From positions 5,455,558 to 5,519,557 of the forward strand of contig NC_090399.1 in assembly GCF_036365525.1 (NCBI RefSeq): DNA of 64,000 nt, written 5' to 3'. The DNA comes from Heterodontus francisci (lineage: Eukaryota). The position numbers and the translations under genes were made by a program. Shown here in pieces: positions 28,001 to 41,074 of the stretch (position 1 is its first letter; every line of letters starts with the position of its first letter). The notes under the pieces are model-generated. The model saw only the letters and a program-made list of their open reading frames with translations. It was not told the origin of the DNA and made no database searches.

Positions 28001-29823
28001 GCAGTCAGTGGCAAATTCCCTTGCAGCCATAGTAACCTTCCTGTCAGGAGATGTACAAGCCCAGCCTCCTCGCAGGCATGTTGCTATGGTTACAAATTCT
28101 TACCAGTGGAGTCATCGCCAGCGGGAGTGTAGGCTAGTCTACTCATGCTTAGGAGGAGAAAAAAATTGCAGAAAGCGTTCAACCATGACTCCAAATTTGG
28201 GTTTAAAAACCCTCATCAGCGTCCTGTCTCAGCTTGTGTTAGCACAGGAGCAGTGGTTGCAGTGACCTCCGTCTGTAGGCTTTACCAGGAGGAGGATAAA
28301 GTAACCCGGCTTCTGGAGTAACCGTGCTCCGTTCCGAAGTAGGCGCAGTGCAGATCCACCAGAATAAAACTGGGGGTTAAATGATGAGCACAGGTTGCAC
28401 CGACTCGGCTTGTATTCCCTCAAGTACAGGGTGATCTAATTGAGGTGTATAAAATGATTAAAGGAGTTGACAGGGTAGGTAAAGAGAGAAACTATTTCCT
28501 CTCTTGTGGAGTTGGGTGAGGGAAGACTAGAACAAGGGAACATAACTTAAAATTAGAACCAGGCCGTTCGGGGGTGATGTCAGGAAACATTTCATACACA
28601 GGGTAATGGAAATCTGGAACGCTCCCTCCCTCCCGCCCCCCCCCCTCCCCCTCCCCTCCCCCCTTTAAGCTGTTGAGACTGAACTAGTCAATGGAATGTT
28701 TCAAAGGGAGATGGATAGATTTGGGTAAGGGTATTTAGAGTTTGGGATCTAAGGCAGTAACTGGAGTTAAGATACAGATCAGCCATGAACCAATTGAATG
28801 ATGGAACGAACGCCAGGCGCTGAATGGTCTCCTCTTGTTCCTCGGTTCCCACACCTGATCACGAGCACTGGGTGAAAAGGAGGCTTCACTGAGATGGTCT
28901 CTGACACCTCACTGGCCTAACTCAGAGTGGCTGGCCATTTGAGTTCAATACCCAACGGGCTGGGGCTCTTTTCTCTCGAAAAGGGAAGGCTGAGGGTGAC
29001 CAAATAGAGGTCTTTGAAATGGTTGAAAGGGTTCGATCGGGTAAACGTGGAGAAGAGACTTCCACAATAGCAGGAGAGCAAGACAATGGGGTCATAAATA
29101 AATGGGGTCACTAACAAATTCCAGTCGGGAATTCAGGAGAAACGTCTCTACCCAGAGAGCGATGAGAATGTGGATCACGCTGCCACAGGGAGTGGTTGAG
29201 GTGAATAACATTGATACACTTGAGGGAAAGCTGGATAAACACAAGAAAACAAAAGAAATGAAAGAGCTGCATGTATATCAAGTCTTTCCAGACCACTGGA
29301 AGTCCCAAAGTGCTTTATAGTAAATGAAGTACTTTTGAAATGTAATCACTGTCGCAATGTAGGAAACCCAGCAGCTAATTTGCACACAGTAAGTTCTCAC
29401 AAACAGCAATGTAATAATGACTAGTAATCTGCTTTAATGATAACTTAGTGATAAATATTAGCCAGGACACTGGGGATACCTCCCCTGCTGTTTGAAATAG
29501 TGCCATGAGATCTTTCACATCTACCTGAGAGAGCACACGGGGTCCTCGGTTTAATGTCTCATCCAAAAGACGGCACCTCCAAGTTGAGGTGAGTAGCACA
29601 GATGCGTTTAAGGGGAAGCGAGGTAAGCACACAAGGGAGAAAAGAATAGATGGAAATGTTGATGGGATGAGATGCAGTAGGGTGGGAGGAGGCTTGTGTA
29701 GAGCATAAACACTGGCATGGATCAGCCTGTTTTATGCTGTAAAACTCAGTGTAATACTGGGGCCTGCTGATGTACTCATGAGCCTGGAGTCACAGGTGAG
29801 GTGGGGGGAGGAAGTCACACAGG

Positions 29824-30425
29824 TCAGTAAGAAAATATAACATCATAAGTGACTTGGAATCCATTGTCCCAAGCGTATAGGAGCTTGTCTGTTGGGTTGT
29901 AGTCTATCTGGGTGAGGTAAGAGTATCTGCTGTTTATCATCAGCCCAGGGTTGGACTCGAAGCCCGTGTGGGTGTCAAAGGCATAGGTGATGATACCTTC
30001 CTTCTGCTTCTTTAGGTCCAAGGCATAGAAGACGCCGCAGATCAGGAAATAGTTGCTGTAGGAGGGCCGGCGCACTTGGGTTTTCCAAGTGGTCTCCTTC
30101 CTGAAGGTTAAGTCAATAGGGTCCAGCCGGCTGAGCACCAAGACCTCTTCGGGCAGGTAGCCAAAGTCATTGGAGAAGTAGGTCACCCAGAGACCACCCT
30201 CGTCCACCGTGAAGTCCACTTCGGAGTAGCCCTTCCACCCGAACAGCGGGGCGGACCCAGCCACCAAATCATCCAGCGAGGCCCAGCTGGCGGCCGTCCG
30301 CTGCCGCAGGTCGTAGCGAATGATGGTCCGCGTGTAGGCCTTGTTGTAGTAGAAGGAGCCATTGTAAACTGCGTGACCTGTCCCCATCCAGCTGTATGGG
30401 AGTTTGTACGTGTTGCCCCACCGGC
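29824..30425 (-). CDS. OLFML2-family gene, exon 7 (terminal): olfactomedin beta-propeller GRWGNTYKLPYSWMGTGH...QIDYNPTDKLLYAWDNGFQVTYDVIFSY*
   Basis: Acceptor ttttccag, phase 1. Hallmark motifs GTGHxVYNG, DFxVDExGLW, ICG, YAFDT, DYNP..LYAWDNG. ETTWKT and YAFDTHT are typical of OLFML2. Spliced CDS is 1584 nt (527 aa + stop). Confidence 0.96.
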
Positions 30426-30811
30426 CTGGAAAACAGGCAACTGGATGTCAGGTGTCTCAACAACAACAACAACCTGTAGCGCCTTTCACAACCTCAAGAC
30501 ATCGCAAAGTGCTTTACAGCCAAGGACGTGCAGTCACTGTTGTAAATGTCGGAAACATAGCTAATTTGTGCACAGCAAGCTCCCACAAACTGCAGTGTGA
30601 TCAGTTTTATAGTAATGCTGGCCCCAGGACACCAGGGAGAACTCTTTCCCCCCCCCCCCCTTCCAATAGGAACATGGGATTCTTTTAGATGGGACCTCAG
30701 TTTAACATCTCATCCGAGACACCTCCAACAGTGCAGCACTCCCTGGGTATTGCACGGGGAGTGTCGGCCTAGATTTTTAAGTGTGCAGCCCACTGAACCA
30801 TGGCTTATAAC

Positions 30812-31390
30812 AGCAACAACAATTTATATTTACAGAGTGTCCTTAACATAATAAAATATCCTAAGGCACTGCACAGGAGCAATTATCAAACAAAATTTGG
30901 CATTGAACCAGATAAGGAGATATTAAGACAGGCGAAGACACAAGTTTTAAAGAGTGTCTTGAGAGGAGGGAGAGGTTTAGGGAGGGAATCCCAGAGCTTA
31001 GGGCCCAAGCAGCTGAAGGCATAGCAGTAGTGCAGTGATTAATATCAGGGATGAGCAAGAGGGCAGAATGAGAGGAGCACCGATATCTTTGAGGCTTGTA
31101 GGGCTGGAGGAGATTACACAGAGAGGGAGAGGATGAGGACAAGGAGGAATTTGAAAATCAGGATGAGAATTTCAAAATCAAAGCATTGCCCGCCCAGCAG
31201 CCAGCGTAGGTGAGCGAGCACAGGGCTGATGGGGGAACAGGAGATGGTGCGAGTTAGGTTACAGAAAGCAGAGTTTTGCATGAGCTGAAGTTTAGAGAGG
31301 GTATAAGATGGGAGACCGGCCACCAGGAGAGAGCTGGAATCGTCAAGCGCAGCGGTAACAAAGACAGGAATGAGATTGGTGGCCAAGTAT
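30812..31390 (-). mobile_element. L2-clade LINE 3' remnant; others at ~2390-2725, 21880-22150, 26405-26822, 42950-43360
   Basis: AGLP..LSKLQLMQNSA..ISPVLAHLRWL..FEILILIFK; HWLPVRQ at 43.3 kb. Confidence 0.85.
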
Positions 31391-33582
31391 CATCCTCAAG
31401 CTTAAACAACTATTATCTAACCAATTCAAACTCACAGCTGCTTCTGTTGTGTAGTACCATTGATGTAGTAAAATGTCCCCAGAGTGTCTGTTCTGGCTTT
31501 AGATACATAGAGGACAGGTTGCACAGACTAGGCTTGCATTCCCTTGAGTTTAGAAGGTTAAGCAGTGATCTAATTGAGGGATTTAAAGGGATTAGATAGA
31601 GAGAAAACTACTTCCTCTGGTGCGGTGAGTTCAGAATCAAGAGGACATTACCGTAAATGACTGCAGGGGCAAATGGAAATCTTAACACTCAGATTCATAG
31701 ATTATTGTTGGGTAAAAGTATTAAGGAACCAAAGCGGGTGGATTCAATTAAGATACACATCAGCCGTGATCTGATTGAATGGTGTAACAATCTCGAGGGG
31801 CTGAATGGCCTCCTCCTGTTCCTGTAATGGCCTGCCACGAGGTGTGCGATTGCCCGAAACTCATTTCACTTAACAACGGTACACAGTTCTGGTCACTATG
31901 TTATAAGAAAGATAGAGGCTCTAGAGGGAGTGCAAAAAAAAGGTTTACAAGGATATTCCTAAAAATGCTCGGATATGCCTTTGAGGAGCAGATGAACAGA
32001 CTGGGACTCTTGAAAAGAGAAGGCCGTGGAGTGACCTAATCGAGGTCTTTAAAATTCTGAAAGGTTTTTTTATGGTGGGTACAGAATGTTTCCACTTGTG
32101 GGGAAGAGCATAACTAGAGGCCATTAATATAATAGTCACCAAGAAATCCAATCGGGAATTCGGAAGAAATTTCTTCATCCAGAGAGTGGTGAGAATGTGG
32201 AACTCGCTACCACAGGGAGTGGTTAAAACAAATAGTATAGAGGCGTTGAAGAAAAGGCTAGACAAGCAAATGAGAGGGAAGGGAATAGAGGGTTTATGCT
32301 GACAGAGTTAGATAAGGAAAGACAGAATGAGGCTCAAGTGATGCATAACTGCTGGCACAGACTGGTTGAGCTGAGTGGCCTGTTTCTATGCTGTATGCCC
32401 TGTGTAATTCTATGTCAAATATAATGCCTGTCAGCTGGGCCTGAAATCGATTCTAAAGCCAAATCCCTGCTTTGTTCCACCTTGTGGCCACCAAGTCTGT
32501 TCAAACAGCACTCAGTGCGAGTCTGTCAAACAGCTGTACAACGCAAGGAGGGAGAGGGAGGGAGCTCTGGGTGGGGGACATTCAGCATCAGGATCTGTAA
32601 AGCTATCACCTGTCTCTACACAGCCATCTATCAAAGCTGATCAGAGTTGCACACAAGAGGCTGTGATTTCCCCTGAGGGGGAGCCAGACCGGGGAAACCC
32701 AGGGTAATGAGGAACATTCCAAGGGCAAACCTGTGTGATGTTTTTATTTGCTGCTCATAGAGAATGTTCACACTGACGAGTCAAGCCATTTGAACCCACG
32801 TCATTTAACCCTGGCCAGGATCCCACTGTGCTTCAATCGCATGCAATATACAGATTCCGTTACATGTTACTCGTGTGTACTTCACATTGAAGGCAACCCT
32901 GAGCTGCACCACATAAACTATCACCACAAAAGTCAAACCAACACCGGTCTGTGGGCACACGCAGAAAGCCATCTGCTTGACTGCAGCGAGATCTCTCCAA
33001 GTATCTCACTGATAAATCGGGCACGCTTGTCTCTGAGTCACACGCTCGTGGGTTCAAGCCCCAGTCTGGAGACACAAGCACAAAATCCAGGCCGGAACGT
33101 CCCTGCCTTTACTGAGGGAATGTTTTTTTTTAATACAGTGAGTTGTTGTGATCTGGAATGTGTGGTGGAAACAGATTCAATCGTAACTTTCAAAAGGGGA
33201 ATTGGAGAAGTATTTGAATGGGAGCATATTTGCAGGACTTATAGGGAAAGAGCAGGGGAATAGGGATCGAAGTGGACTAATTCTGTCTATCTACGCTATC
33301 AATTCCCTTTCTCATTTGAAACACCTCAATTAGAACATCCATTAAGCTACCTGTACTCAGAATATCAGACTAGCCTGTGAAACCTGTCCTTATAATTTAA
33401 GCCAGAACTGACACGAAAACTCCTTGGGATATCTTCCTACAGTAAAGGTAGGGGACATATGAAAGCAGTTGTTATATTGATACCAAAGAACCATCACAGG
33501 CACGATGGGCCGAATAGCCACATCCCTGTGCTGTAAGATACTATGCAGGAAAGCGGGGGCGTGATGTATTCAGAAACCTTAC

Positions 33583-33768
33583 CCAGTTTTAAATGATCCA
33601 GGTTGCGGAACTCGATCAACGTGGTGCCAAAGAAATAGTTGGCCACGTACACCTTCTCCTGATTAACAATCAGATCCTTCATCCAAACCCCTTCCCCACG
33701 GCCATAGTTGCTGTGTGTCACGGGGTCCCAGATTATCACAGGAGTTCCAGCGCAGCTGTCCTCTCGAA
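33583..33768 (-). CDS. OLFML2-family gene, exon 6: start of olfactomedin domain (..SCAGT..NYGRGEGVWMKD..KVYVANYFFGTTLIEFRNLDHLKL(G))
   Basis: Acceptor gttctag; donor G|gtaagg; phase 1/1. Contains the YGRxEGxWMKD and NYxxGxxLxEFRNL motifs of OLFML2. Confidence 0.93.
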
Positions 33769-33959
33769 CTAGAACCCAGAGAGAGGGAGACATTACAATT
33801 GCTCGAACCCTTTACTTTAGAATAAACTAGGCAAAGCCAAACCAGACTGGGTCAAGGTGACAGATTTCCCTTAGTGGAGGAACAAGAGTCAGCAAGTTGA
33901 GATTTGGTTGACAACCCAGTTTTACACTCAGCTTCTGCGTTTACTCACCTAGCACAAAC

Positions 33960-35060
33960 TACCGCAACCCCGACACACCCGCAACCCCCACACACTCCAG
34001 CACCCCACACTCTCCAGCACCCACCGCACTCTCGCATCCACCGCACTCTCCAGCACCCACCACACTCTCCAGCACCCACCGCACTCTCCAGCACCCACCA
34101 CACTCTCCAGCACCCACCGCACTCTCGCATCCACCGCACTCTCCAGCACCCACCACACTCTCGCAGCCCCCACACATCACTCTGTCCAGTACCCACCGCA
34201 CTCCCGCACCCGTCGCACACTCCAGCACCCACCACACTCTCCAGCACCCACCACACACTCCAGCACCCACCACACTCTCCAGCACCCACCACACACTCCA
34301 GCACTCACCACACACTCCAGCACCCACCGCACTCTCCAGCACCCACCACACACTCCAGCACCCACCACACTCTCCAGCACCCACCACACACTCCAGCACT
34401 CACCACACACTCCAGCACCCACCGCACTCTCCAGCACCCACCACACTCTCCAGCACCCACCACACACTCCAGCACCCACCGCACTCCCGCACCCACCCCA
34501 CTCTCCAGCACCCACCGCACTCCCGCACCCACCCCACTCTCGCATCCACCACACTCTCGCAGCCCCCACACATCACTCTGTCCAGCACCCACCACACTCT
34601 CCAGCACCCACCACACTCTCCAGCACTCACCACACTCTTGCATCCACCGCACTCTCCAGCACTCACCACACTCTCGAGCACCCACCACACACTCCAGCAC
34701 CCACCACACACTCCAGCACCCACTGCACTCCCGCACCCACCGCACTCTCGCATCCACCACACTCTCGCAGCCCCCACACATCACTCTGTCCAGTACCCAC
34801 CGCACTCCCGCACCCACCCCACTCCCGCACCCACCACACTCCCAGATCCATCCTGCACCCACCACACTCCCAACACTCCCGCACCCACCACACTCCCGCA
34901 CCTCGCACATTCACCCCACTCCCGCACCCACCACACTCCCGCACCCCCTCAAGTTCCCGCACCCACCACACTCCCGCTTCCCCTAAGTTCCCGCACCCCC
35001 CAAGTTCCCGCACCCCCCCACGCCCCCGTACCCCCCACACCGCCGCGTTCACCACGCACC
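33960..35060. repeat. Degenerate CA-rich minisatellite (~19-21-bp CACTCTCCAGCACCCACCA units)
   Basis: Visible repeats; these generate the low-complexity ORFs on both strands. Confidence 0.93.
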
Positions 35061-35096
35061 TGCATCCCCCACACTCCTGCACGCAACACGCTCCCA

Positions 35097-35920
35097 CACA
35101 CTGGATGATTGGCTGCTCACTGGGTAGAGTGGGCAGTGCCTACAATGGGTGATTGGTCACTCACTGGGTATAGTGGGCAGTGCAACAGTATGCGATTGGT
35201 CACTCACCGAGTAGAGTGAGCAGTGCCTACACTGAGTGAATGGTCACTCACTGGGTAGAGTGGGCAGTGCCTACAAACGATGATTGTTCATTCATCGGGT
35301 TTAATGGGCAGTGCCTACACTGGGTGATTGGTCACTCACTGGGTAGAGTGGGCAGCGCCTACACTGGGTGAATGGTCACTCACTGGGTATAGTGGGCAGT
35401 GCCTACACTGGGTGATTGGTCACTCACTAGGTAGAGTGGGCAGCGCCTACACTGGGTGATTGGTCACTCACTGGGTAGAGTGGGCAGTGCCTACACTGGG
35501 TGATTGGTCACTCACTGGGTAGAGTGGGCAGTGCCTACACTGGGTGATTGGTCACTCACTAGGTAGAGTGGGCAGTGCCTACACTGGGTGATTGGTCACT
35601 CACTGGGTAGAGTGGGCAGCGCCTACACTGGGTGAATGGTCACTCACTGGGTAGAGTGGGCAGCGCCTACACTGGGTGAATGGTCACTCACTGGGTAGAG
35701 TGGGCAGTGCCTACACTGGGTGAATGGTCACTCACTGGGTAGAGTGGGCAGTGCCTACACTGGGTGATTGGTCACTCACTGGGTAGAGTGGGCAGCGCCT
35801 ACACTGGGTGAATGGTCACTCACTGGGTAGAGTGGGCAGTGCCTACACTGGGTGAATGGTCACTCACTGGGTAGAGTGGGCAGTGCCTACACTGGGTGAA
35901 TGGTCACTCACTGGGTATCC
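35097..35920. repeat. 44-bp minisatellite (CACTGGGTGATTGGTCACTCACTGGGTAGAGTGGGCAGTGCCTA), ~18 copies
   Basis: gcctac recurs at 35401, 35445, 35489, and so on. Confidence 0.97.
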
Positions 35921-36048
35921 AAGTGAAGCCTAACTGCCGTCGACAAAGTTTCAAAGAACCTAAGGGGGGACAATGATAATATCCGCTCCGTATATGGAGG
36001 CTTTCTGCGGCCTTGTGTATCTGCTGATTGCGTCAGTCATGAGCTTAC

Positions 36049-36250
36049 TCATGTTTCCGTTGTCGTCTGAAGGTTTTCCAGTCACGGCCTTTGAAACAGA
36101 GACTGCAGGGTGAGCCGTGGATGTATGAAGCTTGATTGTGGTCTTCTGAGTGACAGGGGGCTGAGGACTGACCCAATATTTAGGACCAACATTCTTCGAT
36201 GTGTTGCCTCTCTGGGGCGAGGGCTTGCTCGGGTTGAGCTCAACTATGAC
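36049..36250 (-). CDS. OLFML2-family gene, exon 5: Ser/Thr/Pro-rich linker
   Basis: Acceptor gtcttgcag; donor ATGA|gtaagc; 202 bp, phase 0 in and 1 out, matching exon 6. Composition fits the OLFML2 S/T-rich region. Confidence 0.75.
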
Positions 36251-36262
36251 CTGCAAGACAGC

Positions 36263-37205
36263 AAGAGAGTCATAGAGTTATACAGCACAGAAACAGGCCC
36301 TTCGGCCCATTATGTCTGTGCTGGCCATACAACACCCAACTATTCTAATCCCATATTCCTGCACTTTGCCCTTCGCCTTGTATGCTATGGTGTTTCAAGT
36401 GCTCATCTAAATACTTCTTAAATGGTGTGAGGGTTCCTGCTTCTACCACCTCTTCAGGCAGTGTGTTCCAGATTCCAACCACCCTCTGGGTGATAAAATG
36501 CTTCCTAAAATCCCCCCTAAACCTCCTGCCCATAACCATAAATCTATGCCCCCTGGTTATTGACCCCTCTGCTAAAGGAAAAGTTTCTTCCTATCTAACC
36601 TATCAATGCCCCTCATAACCTTGTATACCACAATCATGTCCCTCCTCAGCCTTCTCTGCTCCAAGGAAAACAACCCTAGCCTTTTCAGTCTCTCTTCATA
36701 GCTGAAATGCTCCATCCCAGGCAACATCCTGGTGAATCTCCTCTGCACCCTCTCCGGTGCAGTCACATCCTCCCTATAGTGTGGCGACCAGAACTGTACA
36801 CAGTACTCCAGCTGTGGCCTAACTAGCGTTTTATACAGCTCCATCATAACCTCCCTGCTCTTATATTCCATGCTTCAGCTAATAAAGGCAAGTATCCCAT
36901 ATGCCTTCCTAACCACCTTATCTACCTGTGCTGCTGCCTTCAAGTATACCAAGGTCCCTCTAACCCTCTGTACTTCCGAGGGTCCTGCCATCCATTGCAT
37001 ATTCCCTTGCCTTGTTAGTCCTCCCAAAATGCATTACCTCACACTTTTCAGGATTAAATTCCATTTGCCACTGCTCCGCCCATCTTTCCAGCCCTGCTAT
37101 ATCTCCCTGTAACCTAAGGATTCCCTCCTCACTATTTGCAACACCACCAATTTTCGTGTCATCTGCGAACTTACTGATCATACCTTCTATATTCACGTCT
37201 AATAG
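36263..37205 (-). mobile_element. 5'-truncated, degraded CR1 abutting the exon 5 acceptor
   Basis: Contains FADD and LEYCVQFWSP fragments; the tail ctctatgactctc ends ~12 bp from the acceptor AG. Confidence 0.92.
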
Positions 37206-37877
37206 TTTCTCCTTGAAGCAGGGACAGTTAAGGGGAGGTTTAACGGAGATGTTCCAATTCACGAGGGATTCTGATAGAGTAAATAGGTTTCCACTGGCAG
37301 GAGGGTCGGTAACCAGAGGACACAGATTTCAGGTAATTGGTCAAAGAACCGGAGGCGGAGAGGAAGAGCATTTTATTTTTACACAGTTCGTTGCTGTGAT
37401 CTGGAACATGCTGCCTGAAAGGACAGTGGAAGCAGATTCAATAATAACTTTCAAACAAGAATTGGATAAAAACGTTGCAGGGCTATGGGGAAATAATGGG
37501 GAATAGGACTAATTGGAGAGCTCTTTCAAAGTGCTGGCACAGACATGATGGGCCAAATGGCCGCCTTCTACATCCATTGAGACAGACAGACCAGGAGGTC
37601 TAATTAGGATTAAATTTGGCCAGCTGTGATACAGAATAGATTTATTTTTCTAATTGTCACTTCCATTGTAAAGCTTATTTGATGTGGTGTGTTATTACAC
37701 ACTCAACTCTGCGTCAGAAGTTTATGGATTGATGTCCGGACAGGGCAGAGACAGAAAGGAGGTGCCGTCTTTTGGAAAAGACCTTAAACCATGGCACTAT
37801 TTCGAAGACGAACAGAGGAGTTCCCACCAATATCCTGGCCCAACATTCACCCCTCAACCAGTACCACAAACAAGAGA

Positions 37878-39225
37878 TTAATTAGAATTAGAATTAGAAT
37901 TAGAATATTACAGCGCAGTACAGGCCCTTCGGCCCTCGATGTTGCGCCGATCATCTGACCTACACTATTCCATTTACATCCATATGTCTATCCAATGACC
38001 ACTTAAATGCCCTTAAAGTTGGCGAGTCTACTACTGTTGCAGGCAGGGCGTTCCACGCCCCTACTACTCTCTGCGTAAAGAAACTACCTCTGACATCTGT
38101 CCTATATCTTTCACCCCTCAACTTAAAGCTATGTCCCCTCGTGTTTGCCATCCTCATCCGAGGAAAAAGACTCTCACTATCCACCCTATCTAACCCTCTG
38201 ATTATCTTGTATGTCTCTATTAAGTCACCTCTCCTCCTCCTTCTCTCTAACGAAAACAACCCCAAGTCCCTCAGCCTTTCCTCGTAAGACCTTCCTTCCA
38301 TACCAGGCAACATCCTAGTAAATCTCCTCTGCACCCTTTCCAAAGCTTCGACATCCTTCCTATAATGCGGTGACCAGAACTGCACGCAATACTCCAGGTG
38401 CGGCCTCACCAGAGTTTTGTACAGCTGCATCATGACCCCGTGGCTCTGAAACTCGATCCCCCTACTAATAAAGGCTAACACACCATATGCCTTCTTAACA
38501 GCCCTATTAACCTGGGTAGCAACTTTCAGGGATTTATGTACCTGGATACCAAGATCTCTCTGCTCATCTACACTACCAAGAATCTTCCCATTAGCCCAGT
38601 ACTCTGCATTGCTGTTACTCCTTCCAAAGTGAATCACCTCACACTTCTCCGCATTAAACTCCATTTGCCATCTCTCAGCCCAGCTCTGCAGCCTATCTAT
38701 GTCCCTCTGTACCCTACAACACCCTTCGACACTATCCACAACTCCACCGACCTTCGTGTCATCCGCAAATTTACTAACCCACCCTTCTACACCCTCATCC
38801 AGGTCGTTTATAAAAATGACAAACAGCAGTGGCCCCAAAACAGAACCTTGCGGTACACCACTAGTAACTAAACTCCAGGATGAACATTTGCCATCAACCA
38901 CCACCCTCTGTCTTCTTTCAGCTAGCCAATTTCTGATCCAAAGCTCTAAATCACCTTCAACCCCATACTTCCGTATTTTCTGCAATAGCCTACCGTGGGG
39001 AACCTTATCAAACGCCTTACTGAAATCCATATACACCACATCCACGGCTTTACCCTCATCCACCTGTTTGGTCACCTTCTCGAAAAACTCAATAAGGTTT
39101 GTGAGGCACGACCTACCTTTCACAAAACCGTGCTGACTATCGCAAATCAACTTATTCTTTTCAAGATGATTATAAATCCTGTCTCTTATAACCCTTTCCA
39201 ACATTTTACCCACAACCGAAGTAAG
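37878..39225 (-). mobile_element. 5'-truncated CR1 (417-aa open RT/C-terminal frame) with (TTCTAA)n tail, inserted in a Deu-type SINE
   Basis: ORF 37960-39213 contains QHGF, DFSKAFD, PQGSVLGP, FADD. Tail reads attagaattagaattag on +. Host SINE halves lie at ~37755-37880 and ~39225-39285. Confidence 0.95.
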
Positions 39226-40000
39226 TGGTCATTTAGCCCATTCCTACTTATGGGATCTTGCTGTGTGCACATTCGCCTGCATGACTATTACCATACCATT
39301 GCCAAGGACTCCTGCTGAATTCTTGCAGAAGAAATCCCACAGAAAATTCCAGGCAATTGTTCACCTTTACTTGTTTAAAAAAAAGGGTTGTCCCAATGGG
39401 AGGGAAGATGTTTACTAACTGAACTGTAAATCCATTAATAATAGTGTTCAATCCCATTTGCAATTCTTCAGATACTGAAGCAGTCCGTGTCCATTTGCAG
39501 CAAGACCGGCACAACATCCAAGCTTGGGCTGATAAGTGGCAAGTTACATTCGCGCCACGCAAGTGCTAGGCAATGACCATCTCCAACAAGAGAGAATTTA
39601 ACCATCTCCCCTTGAGATTCAACAGCATTACCATGACTGAATCCCTCACCATCAATATCCTGAGAATTACTATTAACAAAAAACTTAAGTGGACCAGCCA
39701 CATAAATACTGTGGCTACAAGAGCAAGTCAGAAGCTGGGAATTCTGCGACGAGTAACTCACCTCCTGTCTCTCCAATGCCTGTCCACCATCTACAAGGCA
39801 CAGATCAGGAATGTGCTGGAACACTCTCCACTTGCCTGGATGGGTGCAGCTCCAAGAACACTCGAGAAGCTCGACATCATCCAGGACAAAGCAGCCTGCT
39901 TGATTGGCACCCCATCTACAAACATTCACTCCCTCCACCACCGACGCACAGTGGCAGCAGTGTGTACCATCTACAAGATGCACTGCAGCAACTCACCAAG

Positions 40001-41010
40001 CCACAAAGAACAGTACAGCACAGGAACAGGCCATTCGGCCCTCCAAGCCTGCGCCGATCTTGAAGCCTGCCTAAACTAAAACCTTCTGCACTTCCGGGGT
40101 CCGTATCCCTCTATTCCCTTCCTATTCATGTATTTGTCAAGATGCCTCTTAAACGTCGCTATCGTACCTGCTTCCACCACCTCCCCCGGCAGCAAGTTCC
40201 AGGCACTCACCACCCTCTGTGTAAAGAACTTGCCTCGCACATCCCCTCTAAACTTTGCCCCTCTCACCTTAAACCGATGTCCCCTAGTAGCTGACACTTC
40301 CACCCTGGGAAAAAGCTTCTGACTATCCACTCCGTCCATGCTGCTCATAACTTTGTAAACCTCTATCATGTCGCCCCTCCACCTCCATCGTTCCAGTGAA
40401 AACAATCCGAGTTTATCCAATCTCTCCTCATAGCTAATGCCCTCCAGACCAGGCAACATCCTGGTAAACCTCTTCTGTACCCTCTCCAAAGCCTCCACGT
40501 CCTTCTGGTAGTGTGGCGACCAGAATTGCACGCAATATTCTAAGTGTGGCCTAACTAAAGTTCTGTACAGCTGCAGCATGACTTGCCAATTTTTATACTC
40601 TATGCCCCGACCGATGAAGGCAAGCATGCCGAGTGCCTTCTTGACTACCTTATCCACCTGCGTTGTCACTTTCAGTGACCTGTGGACCTGTACGCCCAGA
40701 TCTCTCTGTCTGTCAATACTCCTAAGGGTTCTGCCATTTACTGTATACCTCCCACCTGCATCAGACCTTCCAAAATGCATTACCTCACATTTGTCCGGAT
40801 TAAACTCCATCTGCCATTTCTCCGCCCAAGTCTCCAACCAATCTATATCCTGCTGTATCCTCTGACAATCCTCATCATTATCCGCAACTCCACCAACCTT
40901 TGTGTCGTCCGCAAACTTACTGATCAGACCAGCTACATTTTCCTCCAAATCATTTATATATACTACAAACAGCAAAGGTCCCAGCACTGATCCCTGCGGA
41001 TCACCACTGG
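40001..41010 (-). mobile_element. 5'-truncated CR1 inserted in a second-family LINE
   Basis: ORF 40076-41026 runs from PQGSVLGP/FADD to the C-terminus. The host LINE resumes at 41011. Confidence 0.95.
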
Positions 41011-41074
41011 CCTCCTTGGCCAGCACCTTCCAAACCCGCGACCTCTACCACATAGAAGGACAAGGTAGCAAACC

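Noticed and set aside
33904-35108. His/Pro-rich and Cys/Gly-rich ORFs on both strands (keratin-associated or metallothionein look-alikes)
   Set aside because: Low-complexity CA-rich repeat open in nearly all frames; intronic.
35097-35920. CRISPR-like array
   Set aside because: Head-to-tail repeats with no unique spacers, no cas genes, vertebrate context. The same applies to the 14-, 28- and 30-bp arrays.
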